In this document: in pieces, positions 26,270 to 40,400 of the stretch
Position numbering within the stretch: the first letter of the stretch is position 1
Layout of the letters: the number at the start of each line of letters is the position of its first letter
Assembly (NCBI RefSeq): GCF_036365525.1
Contig: NC_090373.1
Coordinates: forward strand, 40,835,590 to 40,899,589
DNA: 64,000 nucleotides
Reading direction: 5' to 3'
Origin: Heterodontus francisci
Lineage: Eukaryota
The notes under the pieces: model-generated
Seen by the model: only the letters and a program-made list of their open reading frames with translations
Told to the model about the DNA's origin: nothing
Database searches by the model: none
Made by a program: the position numbers and the translations under genes

Positions 26270-29200
26270 TTGATTTTAACTTGGGACATGAATCAGGTGG
26301 GTGGGGGCAGGAAAAGCGGGAATCCCCAGTGACGTCGGCAGTGTGAGGCCTGTGTGATTTTAACTCTCAGCCTCATTATAAAATGATTGCGAGGCTGCTC
26401 TCCCAATCAGGATAAGAAATGGGCAGCCCATCCACATTCCCTTCTCTGCATAATTTCCAGCAAGCCTTCTGAGATCTATTTAAAGAGGGATTGCACCTCT
26501 AAATGTAAGGCTGCATTCACTGAAGCTGTACTGTATTCCAATATCATTTCCAAGAAAGGGGATCTGACAAATGAATTGCATGGCCCCTATCAGGTTTTCT
26601 CATATCTCCTAGGAAACCCTGGTGGTGGGGTCAGGGAAAGGAGGGAGGTACTGTTCCCCAGCACCTGCAGAAGCATCCTCATGGTAACTATTCATCAGGC
26701 CTGGACAGACGTGGCTGACAGGGTCATTGCCAGCAGAATCACTCCAAGAACTGGCTTCAGTATAGGAAGAGGTTCAGTTACCTCACAAAAGCCAGCAAGG
26801 TTGAGTGCAGCACTTCATCTCTCCATCTCTCTTAACGACACTTGACAAGACTTCTTTCACACCCCACCCCACCCCCAACACTCTGAACAATTCCCTCCTT
26901 TCCATCACATCCATTAACACCCAATCCCAAGGGCACATTACTAGACCTCTCATTGCAAACACATTCACTTATTCCTTTGCTTTCCTCACACGAACAGGAT
27001 TGCCTTCTCACATCCTAGCACTTGAAGAACTATCAACTTCTCACAGTATTCCTTCCTCATGTCGCATTCCGCGAACTTGGCTTCACATTCAACAGACTCC
27101 CAGCATTAACAAAAAACTTTTTTTCTTCCTTTCAGGTGTCAAGGAACGCAAGTTCCAGCAGCTGATGGGGACTAATGCCCCTCCAGATCCTTCTTCCCCT
27201 TCACTTCCCTCAGACCCCACCCCTTCTGATCTGACCCCTTGCCGTGTATTCACGATACTCTCTGACCTCCCCCTCTCTGACGCTGAACATTCTGTACTCA
27301 GCAAAGGTCTCAGTTTTATCCCCTTACGCCCCCACTTCAATGAATTTCGCTCTCGGCATGACGTTGAGCTCTTCTTCCATTGCCTCCACCTCCACGCTCA
27401 CTTCTTTGACCAGGAGTCCTCCCCCCAATCAGCAGACACATTCACCCGCCTCCAGCATTCTCCCTCTACCTGGACCCCTCCCCCTGGCCGCTTACCCACT
27501 CTTGATCTTTTCATTGAAAACTGCTGGCGAGACACTGGACATCTCAATTTCTCTGCCCCCTCACTCACTCTAACCTATCCCCCTCTGAACTTGCAGCACT
27601 CCGTTCCCTCAGGTCTAACCCCGACATTGTCATCAAACCTGCAGACAAGGGTGGTGCTGTTGTTGTATGGCGTACCGACCTCTACCTTGCAGAGGCTCAG
27701 CGCCAACTTTCAGACATTTCTTCCTACCTCCCCCTGGACCATTACCCCACCATCGAACATCAAGCAACTGTCCACAGGACTGTCACTGACCTCATCTCCT
27801 CTGGAGATCTTCCTTCTACAGATTCCAACCTCATAGTCGTGCAACCCTGGACAGCCCGCTTCTACCTTCTTCCCAAAATTCACAGGACAATCCTGACAGA
27901 TCCATCGTTACAGCCTGCTCCTGCCCCACTGAACTTATTTCTTCCTATCTTGACTCTATCTTTTCTCCGCTGGTCCAGTCTCTTCCCACCTACATCCGTT
28001 ACTCTTCTGACGCCCTACGTAATTTTGACAATTTGCAGTTTCCTGGCCCCAACCGCCTCCTCTTCACCATGGACGTCCAATCTCTCTACACCTCCATCCC
28101 CCACCAGGACGGTTTGAAAGCTCTTCGCTTCTTCCTTGAACGGAGGCCCAACCAGTCCCCATCCACCGCTACCCTCCTCCGCCTGGCTGAACTTGTTCTA
28201 ACATTGAACAACTTCTTCTTCAACTCCACTCACTTCCTTCAAGTAAAAGGTGTTGCTATGGGTACCCGCATGGGTCGTAGTTATGCCTGTCTTTTTGTGG
28301 GATATGTTGAACATTCCTTGTTCCAGTCCTACTCAGGCCCCCTCCCCCAACTCTTTTTCCAGTACATTGATGACTGTATCGGTGCCGTTTCCTGCTCCCG
28401 CCCTGAACTGGAAAACTTTATCAACTTTGCTTCTAATTTCCACCCTTCTCTCACCTTTACATGGTCCATCTCTGACACTTCCCTTCCCTTCCTCAACTTT
28501 TCTGTCTCCATCTCTGGAGATAGGCTGTCTATTATATTATCCATTATAAGCCCACCGACTCCCATAGCTACCTCGACTACACTTTTTCACACCCTGCCTC
28601 CTGTAAGGACTCCATTCTATTCTCCCAGTTTCTCTGTCTCCGACGCATCTACTCTGATGATGCTACCTTCCATGACAGCGCTTCTGATATGTCTTCCTTT
28701 TTCCTCAACCGAGGATTCCCCCCCACTGTGGTTGACAGGACCCTCAACCGTGTCCGGTCCATTTCCTGCACCTCTACCCTCACCCCTTCCCCTCCCTCCC
28801 AGAACCGTTAAGGGTTCCCCTTGTCCTCACTTTCCACCCCATCAGCCTCCATATCCAAAGTATCATCCTCCACCATTTCCACCACATTCAGCGTGATGCC
28901 ACTACCAAACGCATCTTCCCCTCCCTTCCCCTGTCAGCATTCCAAAGGGATCGTTCCCTCCACAACACCCTGGTCCACTCTTCCATTACCCCCACCACCT
29001 CGTCCCCTTCCCACAGCACCTTCCCCTGCAATCGCAGGAGGTGTAATGCCTGTCCATTTACCTCCTCTCTCTTCACTATCCAAGGCCCCAAACACTCCTT
29101 TCAGGTGAAGCAGCGATTTACTTGTACCTCTTTCAATGTAGTATACTGTATTCACTGCTCACAATGTGGTCTCCTCTACATTGGGGAGACCAAATGCAGA

Positions 29201-30450
29201 TTGGGTGATCGCTTTACGGAGCACCTCTGCTCAGTCCGAAAGCATGACCACGAGCTTCTGTTTGCTGGCCATTTTAACACACCCCCTGCTCTCATGCTCA
29301 CATCTCTGTCCTGGGATTGCTGCAGTTTTCCAGTGAACATCAACGCAAGCTCGAGGAACAGCATCTCATTTACCGATTAGGCACACTACAGCCGGCCAGA
29401 CTGAACATTGAGTTCAATAATTTCAGAGCATGACAGGCCCCCCATTTTACATTTATTTTTAGTTATTTTTTCTTTTTTCCTTTTTTTTGTGTTTATTTTG
29501 TTTTATCTTAGTTTGTTCAGTTTGCCTACCCACTGTTTTTCTCATGTTTGTATTTGCGGCTGTTCAGTTTTCAGTCCATTAACACGCGAACTGTATTAAT
29601 GCTTTGTCTTTCAACACACCATTAACATATTGTTTGTCTTTGCTCCATGACCTTCTGGTCGGTTATTCTCTGTGACCTTGTGCTATCTACACCTTCTCCT
29701 TTGTTATCTCTTGCCCCGCCCCCACTTTATTTGCTTAAAACCTTTCAAATTTCTAATATCTGCTATTTCTGAAGAGGTTCTGACCTGAAATGTTAACTCT
29801 GCTTCTCTCTCCACAAATGTTGCCAGACCTGCTGAGTATTCCCAGCACTTCTTGTTTTTATTTCAGATTTCCAGCATCCGCAGTATTTTGCTTTTATCCC
29901 AATGTTAATCTATCTTGCTTCTTCTCCACCTCTTAGTGGATGCACTATATGGACAAGCCCTACACATTTCCACTTAGCCTTACACAGTCCCTCACGAACT
30001 CTCCCTCCCTCTTTGTGCAGGACAAGACAGCATAGAATGTAAGGGAGAGGAGCAAGATTGGGAAGGCGTACCTAGTAAAGCCTTCACCTAAGTCCAGCAT
30101 GAACTACTGGAGATCAGTGGCCCAGACAAAGAGAGGGAAAGCAAGGCTGGCATATTATCTGCAAATTCCTTGTAATGCTTCAATTATTTCAGAAAATATT
30201 CAGCAAGCTTCACAACTTTAACCTGAGGATGCTCAGTCTCTTCATGCCATTCTATGTTTTACCCCTTTCCTCTTTCTTTGAGCTCCTTCTCAGCACTTGG
30301 ACCCTTCTGAAGACAACACCTCGGAGACAGACAATCCTACTGAGGATATACTGTCACACATTGCATCCTACCAAAGCATAAGCACAGAAGCTGGCATCAC
30401 ATGGGTTGGATAGTGAGCCAGAGAAGTCAGTACAGGGTGAAACAAGCAAA
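26270..30450 (+). mobile_element. Harbinger Myb/SANT-like gene remnant, split by a Penelope insertion
   Basis: RREVLFP..AWTDVADRV....TPRT then a decayed RKRFxDL-like motif (26640-26790). Resembles 53110-53300. Boundaries approximate. Confidence 0.55.
27045..29897 (+). mobile_element. Penelope-like element with RT and GIY-YIG (frameshifted)
   Basis: LSKGLSFIP, ARFYLLPKIH, LFTMDVQSLYTSIPH, GVAMGTRMGRSYA, YIDD; GIY-YIG VVYCIHCSQCGLLYIGETKCRLGDRF; 3' terminal repeat present. Confidence 0.92.
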
Positions 30451-30812
30451 TAGTTTAAGATCATGCTAGGCCCTCACCTGCCAAGAATGAGGCACATTAA
30501 TTTTGTCATGATCATTGATTTTAAACTGTTACTGGAGTGAAGAAAAAACTTGTTAAACAGATCAGCCATGGCTGGAAAAGACATTTGCATATTAACAGAT
30601 GGTATTTTGAAGGAAAGAAGACCATTCCCTGATACATTAAACCCACAATGGACTTTGATCATCAGGTCTTGTGTGTAACAGGAGCATTCCAGAGACTGCT
30701 AAGGTGATACAATCCAAGACGTGGTAAGACCAGTTAGTCAGATGACTAACCTGCTTGGCAATCTGGGTTTTTCTGAATTGTACACACAGTTTGATCTCAG
30801 AGTCTCTGTTTA

Positions 30813-31150
30813 GAGATACAGCACTGAAACAGGCCCTTCGGCCCACCGAATCCGTGCCGACCATCAGCCACCCATTTATACTAATCCTAGACTAATCCCA
30901 TATTCCTACCACATCCCCACCTGTTCCTATATTTCCCTAGCACCTACCTATACTAGGGGCAATTTATAATGGCCAATTAACCTATCAACCTGCAAGTCTT
31001 TGGCATGTGGGAGGAAACCGGAGCACCCGGAGGAAACCCACGCAGACACAGGGAGAACTTGCAAACTCCACACAGGCAGTAGCCGGAATTGAACCTGGGT
31101 CGCTGGAGCTGTGAGGCTGTGGTGCTAACCACTGCGCCACTGTGCCACCA
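30813..31150 (-). mobile_element. tRNA-derived SINE (HE1/V-SINE-like)
   Basis: Reverse strand has A-box GGCGCAGTGGTTAG and B-box GGTTCAATTCC plus a CR1-like tail. TSD TCTGTTTA. Closely similar to 61696-62050. Confidence 0.88.
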
Positions 31151-31178
31151 TCTGTTTACTCCAGGACTGAGAAGATCT

Positions 31179-33178
31179 CATAGAGTCATAGAGTCATATA
31201 GTCGTACAGCATAGAAACAGACCCTTCGGCCCACCGCGTCCATGCTGACCATAATGCCTATCCATAATAATCCCACCTGCCTGCATTAATTCCATATCCC
31301 TCTATGCCTTGCTCATTCAAGTGCCTGTCCAGATGCCTCTTAAATGTTGCTACTGTTCCTGCCTCTATCATCTCCTCAGGCAGCTCATTCCAGATACCCA
31401 CTATCCTTTGTGTGAAAAAAATACCCCTTTGATCCCCTTTGAACCTCCTCCCTCTCACCTTAAATCGATGCCCTCTAGTTTTAGTCACCCCTACCATGGG
31501 AAACAGACTCTGGCTATCTACCCTATCTATGCCTCTCATAATTTTATATACCTCTATCATGTCCCCTCTCAGCCTCCTTCGCTCCAGGGAAAACAAACCC
31601 AGTCTATCCAATCTCTCTTTATAACTCAAGCCCTCCAAACCAGGCAACATCCTTGGGAGTCTTTTCTGCACCCTCTCAAGCTTATCACATCTTTCCTGGA
31701 GTGCGGCGACCAGAACTGCACACAGTACTCCAAATGCGGCCTAACCAACGTTACGTACAATTGTAACATGACGTCCCAACTCTTGTACTCAATGCCTCGT
31801 CTGATTAAGGCAAACACGCCATATGCCTTCTTCACCACCCTGTCTACCTGTGTTGCCACTTTCAGAGAACTATGTACTTGCACCCCAAGGTCTCTCTGCT
31901 CAACAACACTCCCCAGGGCCCTGCCATTCACTGTATATGTCCTGCCCTGGTTTAACTTCCGACAATGCATCACCACACTTGCCTGCGTTAAATTCCATTT
32001 GCCACTCCCTTGCCCACTTTCCCAGTTGATCTATATCCAGTTGTAACCTTAGACAACCTTCCTCACTGTCCACAATACCACCAATTTTGGCGTCATCTGC
32101 AGTCATTAATACACATGACAAACAACAGAGGGCCCAGCACCGATCCCTGCGGCACACCACTGGTCACTGGCCTCCAATCTGAAAAACAATCCTCCACTAC
32201 CACCCTCTGCCTCCGACCACCAAGCCAATTCTGTATTCAATTTGCTAGCTCACCATGGAGCCCATGTGTTCGAACCTTCTGGACCAGCCTACCATGCAGG
32301 ACCTTGTCAACGGCTTTGCTAAAGTCCATGTAGACAATGTCCATCACCCTGCCCTCATCAAACCTCTTGGTCACCTTCTCGAAAAACTCAATCAAATTCG
32401 TGAGACATGATTTCCCACGCACAAAGCCATGCTGACTATCCCTAATCAGACCATGCCTTTCCAGATGCTTATAAATCCTGTCTCTCAGAATCCCTTCCAA
32501 TAACTTTCCCACCACTGATGTACGGCTCACTGGCCTGTAGTTCCCTGGCTTATCCCTGCTGCCCTTCGTAAATAAAGGCACAACATTAGCTATCCTCCAG
32601 TCTTCCGGTACTTCACCCGTGGCTAACAATGATACAAAAATCTCTGCCAGGGCCCCAGCAATCTCCTCCCTTGCTTCCCATAGCATCCGAGGATACACCT
32701 GGTCAGGCCCTGGGGATTTATCCACCTTAATGCGCTTCAAAACCTCCAACACCTCCTCCTTTGTAATGTTGATATGCTCCAGGACATTGCTGTTCCCTCC
32801 CTTGAACTCACTAACTTCCATGACCTTCCCAAAGGTAAGTACGGACAAGAAATATTCATTTAAGACCTCATCCATTTCCCGTGGCTCCACACATAGATTG
32901 CCACACTGATCCTTAAGGGGACCTACTCTCTCCCGAGCTACCCTTTTACTCTTAATATACTTATAGAATCTTTTAGGATTCTCCTTTATCTTATCTGCCA
33001 GCACAATCTCATGGCCCCTTTTTGCCCTCCTAATTTCCTTCTTATGTGAAGTCTTATATCCACTATACTCCTCGAGGGACTTGCTCGATCCCAGCTGCCT
33101 ACAGCTGACATATGCCTCCTTCTTTGTCCTGACCAAACCCTCAATATCCCTCATCAACCAAGGTTCCCTAAACTTGCC
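31179..33178 (-). mobile_element. 5'-truncated CR1 LINE (RT and C-terminus)
   Basis: [50 protein letters not shown] motifs; (GACTCTAT)n tail. Confidence 0.93.
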
Positions 33179-33924
33179 TGTCTCTCCTGTCTGCTCCCAT
33201 CTCTTTCTCACAAGCCTCTGAATCCATTGAAGACACATGAACCCCAAGAGAGAAAAATCTCCTACAGCAAACAAGGTTTCAGAAGAATACTGGGCCCCAA
33301 CAAAAAGCAAGATCTACCTACAATCGAGGACTCTACAGTGAGCTCGAAAAACTGTAACAAAAACTCTTCATATATTGCCTCAAACTTTTCCACTTAATTT
33401 TTCTTCTGCTCTTTTCTGTCTCTATTTGCGTGTGTGTATCGCATATGCATGCTAGCATGGGTGTGTGTCTATCCATAGGCGTTAACCGAATTACAGTCTA
33501 AATTCAAGTTTAATAAATTTCAACTTTTCTTCTACAAACCTAAGAAAGCCTGTTTGTGCTGGTTTCTTTATCTTATAATTGGAAAGCGGTGAACAGGGAT
33601 TCACCAAGTGAAGCTAAAAACACAACGTGTTTAAAAATATAACCCTGCTACAGTAAGACCAGGTGAAGGCTGAAAGGGAACCCTAGACCTCTTTCTCACC
33701 GGGTCATAACATTAACATTCCATCCAAAGGATGCAACTTCTGACAATGATGTGGGTCCTCTAAATTATACTGGAGTACCACCATAAACTATGTGTTCAGA
33801 TTGTAGAATGAAGTTTGAAACAACAAAATTATGACAGACATAGAGTGTTACCTAGGATTTGCCTTCAGGCTGCCACCCATATTTACAGGTGCAGATAATT
33901 TGGACATGTCCAAAGATATCTGAA

Positions 33925-34141
33925 ATAATAACAGAAGATATTGGAAGCATTCAACAGGTTAGGCAGCATCTGTGGAGAGAGAAACAGTTAATATTTCAGG
34001 TAATATTTCATCAGAATCTTGCAGACCACCAGCCTGAAATGTTAACTCTGTTTTTCTCTCCATAGATCTGCCTGACCTGCTGAGTATTTCCGGCAATTTT
34101 TGTTTTTATTTCAGATTTCCAGTGTCCGCAGTATTTTGCTT
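33925..34141. mobile_element. Degenerate Penelope-derived hairpin
   Basis: Inverted arms similar to 17545-17780 (GGCAGCATCTGTGGAGAGA / CTGCCTGACCTGCTGAGTATTTCC). Confidence 0.7.
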
Positions 34142-34419
34142 TGGTCTAATGAAAGCTGAATGCACAGACTATAATTTTCTAAAGAGGTCATCACACAACT
34201 GTGCAGTCTGGAAACTAGATCAAGAAACCACTCGCAAGACAGGGAGGGCTCTGTCAGAGGCCAGTGGGAGGAAGAAATGATGTGGATGGTTACGGTCTGG
34301 CTCTGGGAATGGAGATGAGCCCCATCCATACGTGCTGGCTCAGTAGATGTTATTGAAACTAAAAGCACCAAGAAACTGTGAGGGTGCAGACCTCTGGACA
34401 GAAATGAGGCTGCTGAAGC

Positions 34420-37400
34420 CCTGCATTACCGAATTCCCTAATGCATTGAATGTAAAAAAGATCTTCAACGATTTCTTGGAATGGTCACTCAGTTGGCAAA
34501 ATTTTTACCCAATCTAGCACAAGTTACTGAGCCCTTACAACAACTATTAAGGAAAGCTCACACGGTGTTGGAATGGATATCAGGAGCAAGCATTTCAAAG
34601 GATCATGGGGATTCTGATTTTGCCACATATCTGAGCACATTATATCCCCTCACTGCCAAAGCACTGACAACAGATGCCTCATCTTCAGGGTTAGGGGCAG
34701 TCCTTTTCCAAGATCAGCCAGACGGATGTCGAAGACTGGTTTATTATGCGCCTCGAGCATTGTCTGAGACTGAGACGAGGTATGCTGTCATAGAGAAAGA
34801 AGCTCTCGCAGTCACGTGGGCTTGTGAGACGTTTTCAGATTATATTATTGGCTTCAAGGTTGTCATAGAGACAGACCACAAAACCCTAGTTTCCTTACTT
34901 GATGAAAAAAAACGCGCCAGATGCCTCCGTGAATCCAGAGATTTTGGTTGAGGCTAATGCGGTTCACGTACGAAACGGTATACGTACAGGGCAAGCAAAA
35001 ACTGACAGCAGATGCACCGTCCAGAACTACTGTCAACCATCCTACATAACAGGATGTTAACTTTATGAATGAAATTGAGTGATATTCTCAGTTCAATGTG
35101 TCACAAAGGCCGGCAAGTTCAAAAAAGCTCCAAGAAAGTCATCATGCTCAGATGCAAGATGAAGAATGCATCTGTAACCTCCAATATTGCAGGCAAAGCT
35201 GGCCACAGCAGCATCCCAGTGGTAACAGGATGAAAATCTTCTTCGAGAAGAGCAGACATTTTATGATTGTGGATGATTTGCTGGCATATGACGAGAGGCT
35301 GGTGATTCCAGAGTCACTCCGGGCAGAGATCTTGGAGAAAATACACCAAGGCCACATGGGTATAATGAAATGTAGAACATGAGCTCTGTTGTCCGTATGG
35401 TGCTCGGGAATATCAAGAGATATAGAAGAAATTATTTCTAATTGCAAGGTATGCACAATGCAGAGACAGGATCAGAGCGAAACCCTTATCAGTTTATTTT
35501 CATATATAGTAAGTAATGTTTTTTTAGGGAGCTCTGTAGTAACGAGGACCAGGGAAGAAGGGCCCTAGAGTAATTGACATTATTTGATATTAAGCATCTT
35601 CCAAAAGATTTAACTTAAAGGGTTAAGTCATGGCAGGAGAGCTCAGGAATGCTCCTCGTGCTTTATGTGGGAAGCCGGGAACAATTCCAGTGCCTGGGAC
35701 CAGCATGTGTGCAGGAAGTGTCTCTAGCTGCAGCTCCTGGAAGCCCGGATTTCAGAGCTGGAGCAGCAGCCAGGGACACTGTGGAGCATCCGCGAGGCGG
35801 AAAGTATCGTGGATAGCACACATAGCGAGGTGGTCACACCGCAGGCTCAGACACCACAGGCAGGAAGGGAAAGGGTGACCACCAGGCAGAGCAAGAGGGC
35901 TAGGCAGGCAGTTCAGGACTCTCTTGTGGCTATTCCCCTGCAAAACAGATATACTGCTTTGGATACTGTTGGGGGGAGTGCCTCTCAGAGGAAAGCAGCA
36001 GCAGCCCAATTCGTTGCACCACGGTTGGCTCTGCTGCGCAGGGGAGGAGTAAAAGGTGTGGGAATGCAATAGTTATAGGGGATTCAATTGTAAGGGGAAT
36101 AGATATGTGTTTCTGTGGCCACAAAAGGGACTCCAGGATGGTATGTTGCCTCCCTGGTGCCAGGGTCAAGGATATCTCAGTGCAGTTACAGGACATTCTG
36201 ACGGGGGAGGGTGAACAGCCAGTGGTCGTGGTACACATTGGTACAAACGATGTAGGTAAAAAATGGGATGAGGTCCTAAAAGCAGAATATAGGGAGTTAG
36301 GAAGTAAGTTGAAAAGTAGGACCTCAAAGGTAGTGATCTCAGGCTTACTACCAGTGCCACGTGCTAGTCAGAATAGAAATAGCAGGATATATCAGATGAA
36401 TACGTGGCTGAAGATATGGTGTGAGGGGGAGGGTTTTAGATTCCTGGGACATTAGGACCGGTTCTAGGGGAGGTGGGACCAGTACAAACTGGATGGGTTA
36501 CACCTGGGCAGGACAGGGATTGATGTCCTAGGGGGAGTATTTGCTAGCGTGGTTGGGGAGGGATTAAACTAAAATGGCAAGGGGATGGGAACCTTTGCAA
36601 GGAGTCAGAGGAGGGGGGGGATCAAGGACAAGAAGAAAAGACAGTAAGGGGAATAAGAAAAGTGATAGGCAGAGAAATCAAGGGCGAGAATCAAACAGGG
36701 CCACAGTGAAAAATAATGAGAAGGGGACAGGTAATGTTAAAAAAGACAAGCCTTAAGGCTTTGTGTCTTAACGCGTGGAGCATTTGCAGTAACATGGATG
36801 AATTAATCGGGCAAATAGATGTAAACGGGTATGATATAGTCGGGATTACGGAGACATGGCTGCAGGGTGACCAGGGTTGGGAAATGAACATCCAGGAGAT
36901 TTCAGTATTTAGGAAGGACAGACAAAAAGCAAAAGGCGGTGGAGTTGCATTGCTGGTTAAAGAGGAAATTAACGCAATAGTGAGGAAGGACATTAGCTCT
37001 GACGATGTGGAATCTGTATGGGTAGAGCTGAGAAATACTAAGGGGCAAAAAACATTAGTGGGGGTTGTATATAGACCCCCAAACTGTAGTGGTGATGTTG
37101 GGAATGGCATTAATCAGGAAATTAGAGGCGCATACGATAAAGGAAAATGTGTAATTATGGGTGACATTTATCTGCATATAGATTGGGCAAATCAAATTAG
37201 TCACAATACCATAGAGGAGGACTTCAGGGAGTAGAAACGGGATGGTTTTCTGGATCCATACGTTGAGGAACCAACTAGAAAACAAGCCATCCTAGACTGG
37301 GTATTGTGTAATGAGAGAGGAATAATTGACAATCTAGGGATGAACGCCCATATGATAGAATACTTCAGCAAGATGGAGAGTGACGTAGTTGATTCTGAGA

Positions 37401-40400
37401 CGAGGGTCCTGAATCTTAATAAAGGAAACTACAAAGGTATGAGGCATGAGTTTGGCTATGATGGATTGGGAAACGTTATTTAAAGGGATGACGGCAAACA
37501 TTCAAGAGTGCATGGATGAACTGCAACAATTGTTTATTCCTATCTAGCGCAAAAGTAAAACGGGAAAGGTAGCCAAACCATGGCTTACAAGGAAAATTGG
37601 AAATAGCATTAGATCCAAGGAAGAGGCATACAAATTCACCAGAAAAAAAAACAGACCTGAGGATTGGGAGCAGTTTACAATTCAGCAACGGAGGACCCAG
37701 GGATTGATTAAGAAGGGGAAAATAAAGTACGAGAGTAAGCTTGCAGGGAACATAAAAATTGACTGTAAAACTTTCTATAGGTATGTGAAGAGAAAAAGAT
37801 TGGTGAAGCCAAATGTAGGTCCCTTACAGTCAGAAACAGGGGAATGTATTATGTGGAAAAAAAAATGGCTGACCAACTAAATGCATACTTTGGTTCTGTC
37901 TTCACAAAGGAGGACACAAATAACATACCAGAAATGTTGCGGAACACATGGTTTAATGAGAAGGAGGAACTGAGGGAAATCAGTATTAGCAGAGAAATGA
38001 TGTTGGGGAAATTCATGGGATTGAAGGCCGATAAATCCCCAGGGCCTGATAAACTACATCCCAGAGTACCTAAGGAAGTGGCCCCAGAAATAGTGGAATC
38101 TTCCAAGATTCTATAGACTCTGGAACAGTTCCTACAGATTGGAGGGTAGCTAATGTAACCCCACTATTTAAAAAGGGAGCTCGGGAGAAAACAGGGAATT
38201 ATAGACCAGTCAGCCTGATGTCGGTAGTGGGGAAAATTCTCGAGTCCATTATCAAAGATTTTAGAGCAGAGCACTTAGAGAACAGTGGTAGAATCGGACA
38301 GAGTCAGCATGGATTTACGAAAGGAAAATCATACTTGACAAATCTGCTAGAATTCTTCGAGGATGTAACTAGTAGAGTTTATGAGGGGGAGCCAGTGGAT
38401 GTGGTTTATTTGGACTTTCAGAAGGCTTTCAACAAAGTCCCACATAAGAGGTTAGCATGTAAAATTAAAGCGCATGGGAATGTGGGTAGTGTATTGCGAT
38501 GGATAGAAAATTGGTTGGCAGACAGGAAACAAAGAGTAGGAATAAACAGATCTTTTTCCGAATGGCAGGCAGTGACTAGTAGGGTACCGCAGGGATCGGT
38601 GCTAGGACCCCAGCTGTTCACAATATATATTAATGATTTAGATGAGGGAACTAAATGTAATATCTCCAAATTTGCAGATGACACAAAACTGGGCAGGAGG
38701 GTGAGTTGTGAGGAGGATGCAGAGAGGCTTCATGGTGATTTGGACAAGTTGAGTGAGTGGGCTAATGCATGGCAGATGCAGTATAATGTGGATAAATGTG
38801 AGGTTATCCACTTTGGTAGCAAAAACAGGAAGGCAGATTATTATCTGAACTGCTATAAACTGAGAGGGGGGAATATGCAATGAGACCTAGGTGTTCTCAT
38901 ACACCAGTTGCTGAAGGCAAGCATGCAGGTGCAACTGGCGGTACAAAGGGCAAATGGTATGTTGGCCTTCATAGCGAGAGGATTCGAGTACAGGAGCAGG
39001 GATGTCTTGCTGCAATTCTGCAGGGCCTTGGTGAGGCCACACCTGGAATATTGTGTGCAGTTTTGGTCTCCTTATCTGAGGAAGGATGTTCTTGCTGTAG
39101 AGGGAGTGCAGCGAAGGTTTACCAGACTGATTCCTGGGATGGCGGGACTGACGTATGAGGAGAGATTGAGTCGGTTAGGATTATATTTGCTGGAGTTCAG
39201 AAGAGTGAGGGGGGATCTCATAGACTCTTACAAAATTCTAACAGGACTTGACAGGGTAGATGCAGGAAGGATGTTCCCGATGATGGGGGTGTCCAGAACC
39301 AGGGGTCATAGTCTAAGGATACGGGGTAAATCTTTCAGGACTGAGATGAGGAGAAATTTCTTCACCCAGAGATTGGTGAGCCTGTGGAATTCGCTACCAC
39401 AGAAAGCAATTGAGGCCAAAACATTGTATGTTTTCAAGATGGATAGCTCTTGGGGTGAAAGGGATCAAATTATATGGTGGGAAAGCGGGAACAGGTCACT
39501 GAGTTGGATGATCAGCCATGATCATAACAAATGGCTGAACAGGCTTGACCGGCTGAATGGCCTACTCCTGCTCCTATTTTCTATGTTTTTATGTTATCTC
39601 AACCCAATTCTCGACCAGACCATGTGAACGTCTGGCAATGGATCTATTCATGTTCAATGGAAAATCCTACCTGATTGTCATCAACTATTTTTCATGGTGG
39701 ATTGAGGTCAAACATTTGTACATATGAAAATGGAGACAATCATTCGAGTGTTTAAAGAAATCTTTGCAACACATGGTATACCTGACCAGATAGTGTCCGA
39801 TACTGGACCACAAGTTGCAAACGGCTACTTCACTTACTTTGCAGAAAACTGTGGATTTGTACATCTTACAAGTTCCCCTAGATATCCATAATCTAATGGT
39901 GAAGCTGAAAGAGGAGTCAGACTTTTAAAGACAAATGAAGATTTTCAAACAGCACTCCTAAACTGCAGACCTACTTCATTGCTGTGCAGATTAGCGCCAT
40001 TGGAACTATTGATGGGAATGAAGCTTAGAACATAACTTGCAATCTTACCCAAAAAGTTACTTCCAGGCTACAAGTCCAGGGTTATCAGATAGGTCAAGAC
40101 AGAGAGAAGTCTTACAGATAGCAACAAGCCTATCATTGTAACAGGAGATATCGTACCAGAAATCTACTGAAGTTGACTGAAGGACTAAAGGTATGGGTAT
40201 GAGACCAAGGCTGAGAAGAGGTAATCGTTCAGAGAGATGAGAATTAACACTGATCTTATTTAGTACATTCTTCAGAAGGTACTATAAGAAGAAACAAGAG
40301 GAATCTTATTCCTAGTCATCAAAAGACGCTGGTCAGTCATACATTTGGATGAATCAGATGTTGAACCTGAAATTCAGAAAGCACTGGATACTACAAACCT

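Larger units (their letters stand above)
30459..33711 (+). mobile_element. Solo LTR (family A) carrying a SINE and a CR1 insertion
   Basis: Colinear with 11489-12342 once 30813-31150 and 31179-33178 are removed. TSD TTAA on both sides; ends CATAACA. Confidence 0.85.

Noticed and set aside
32237-33310. 357-aa ORF that looks like a novel fusion protein
   Set aside because: Chance read-through from antisense LTR sequence into a truncated CR1 ORF2.
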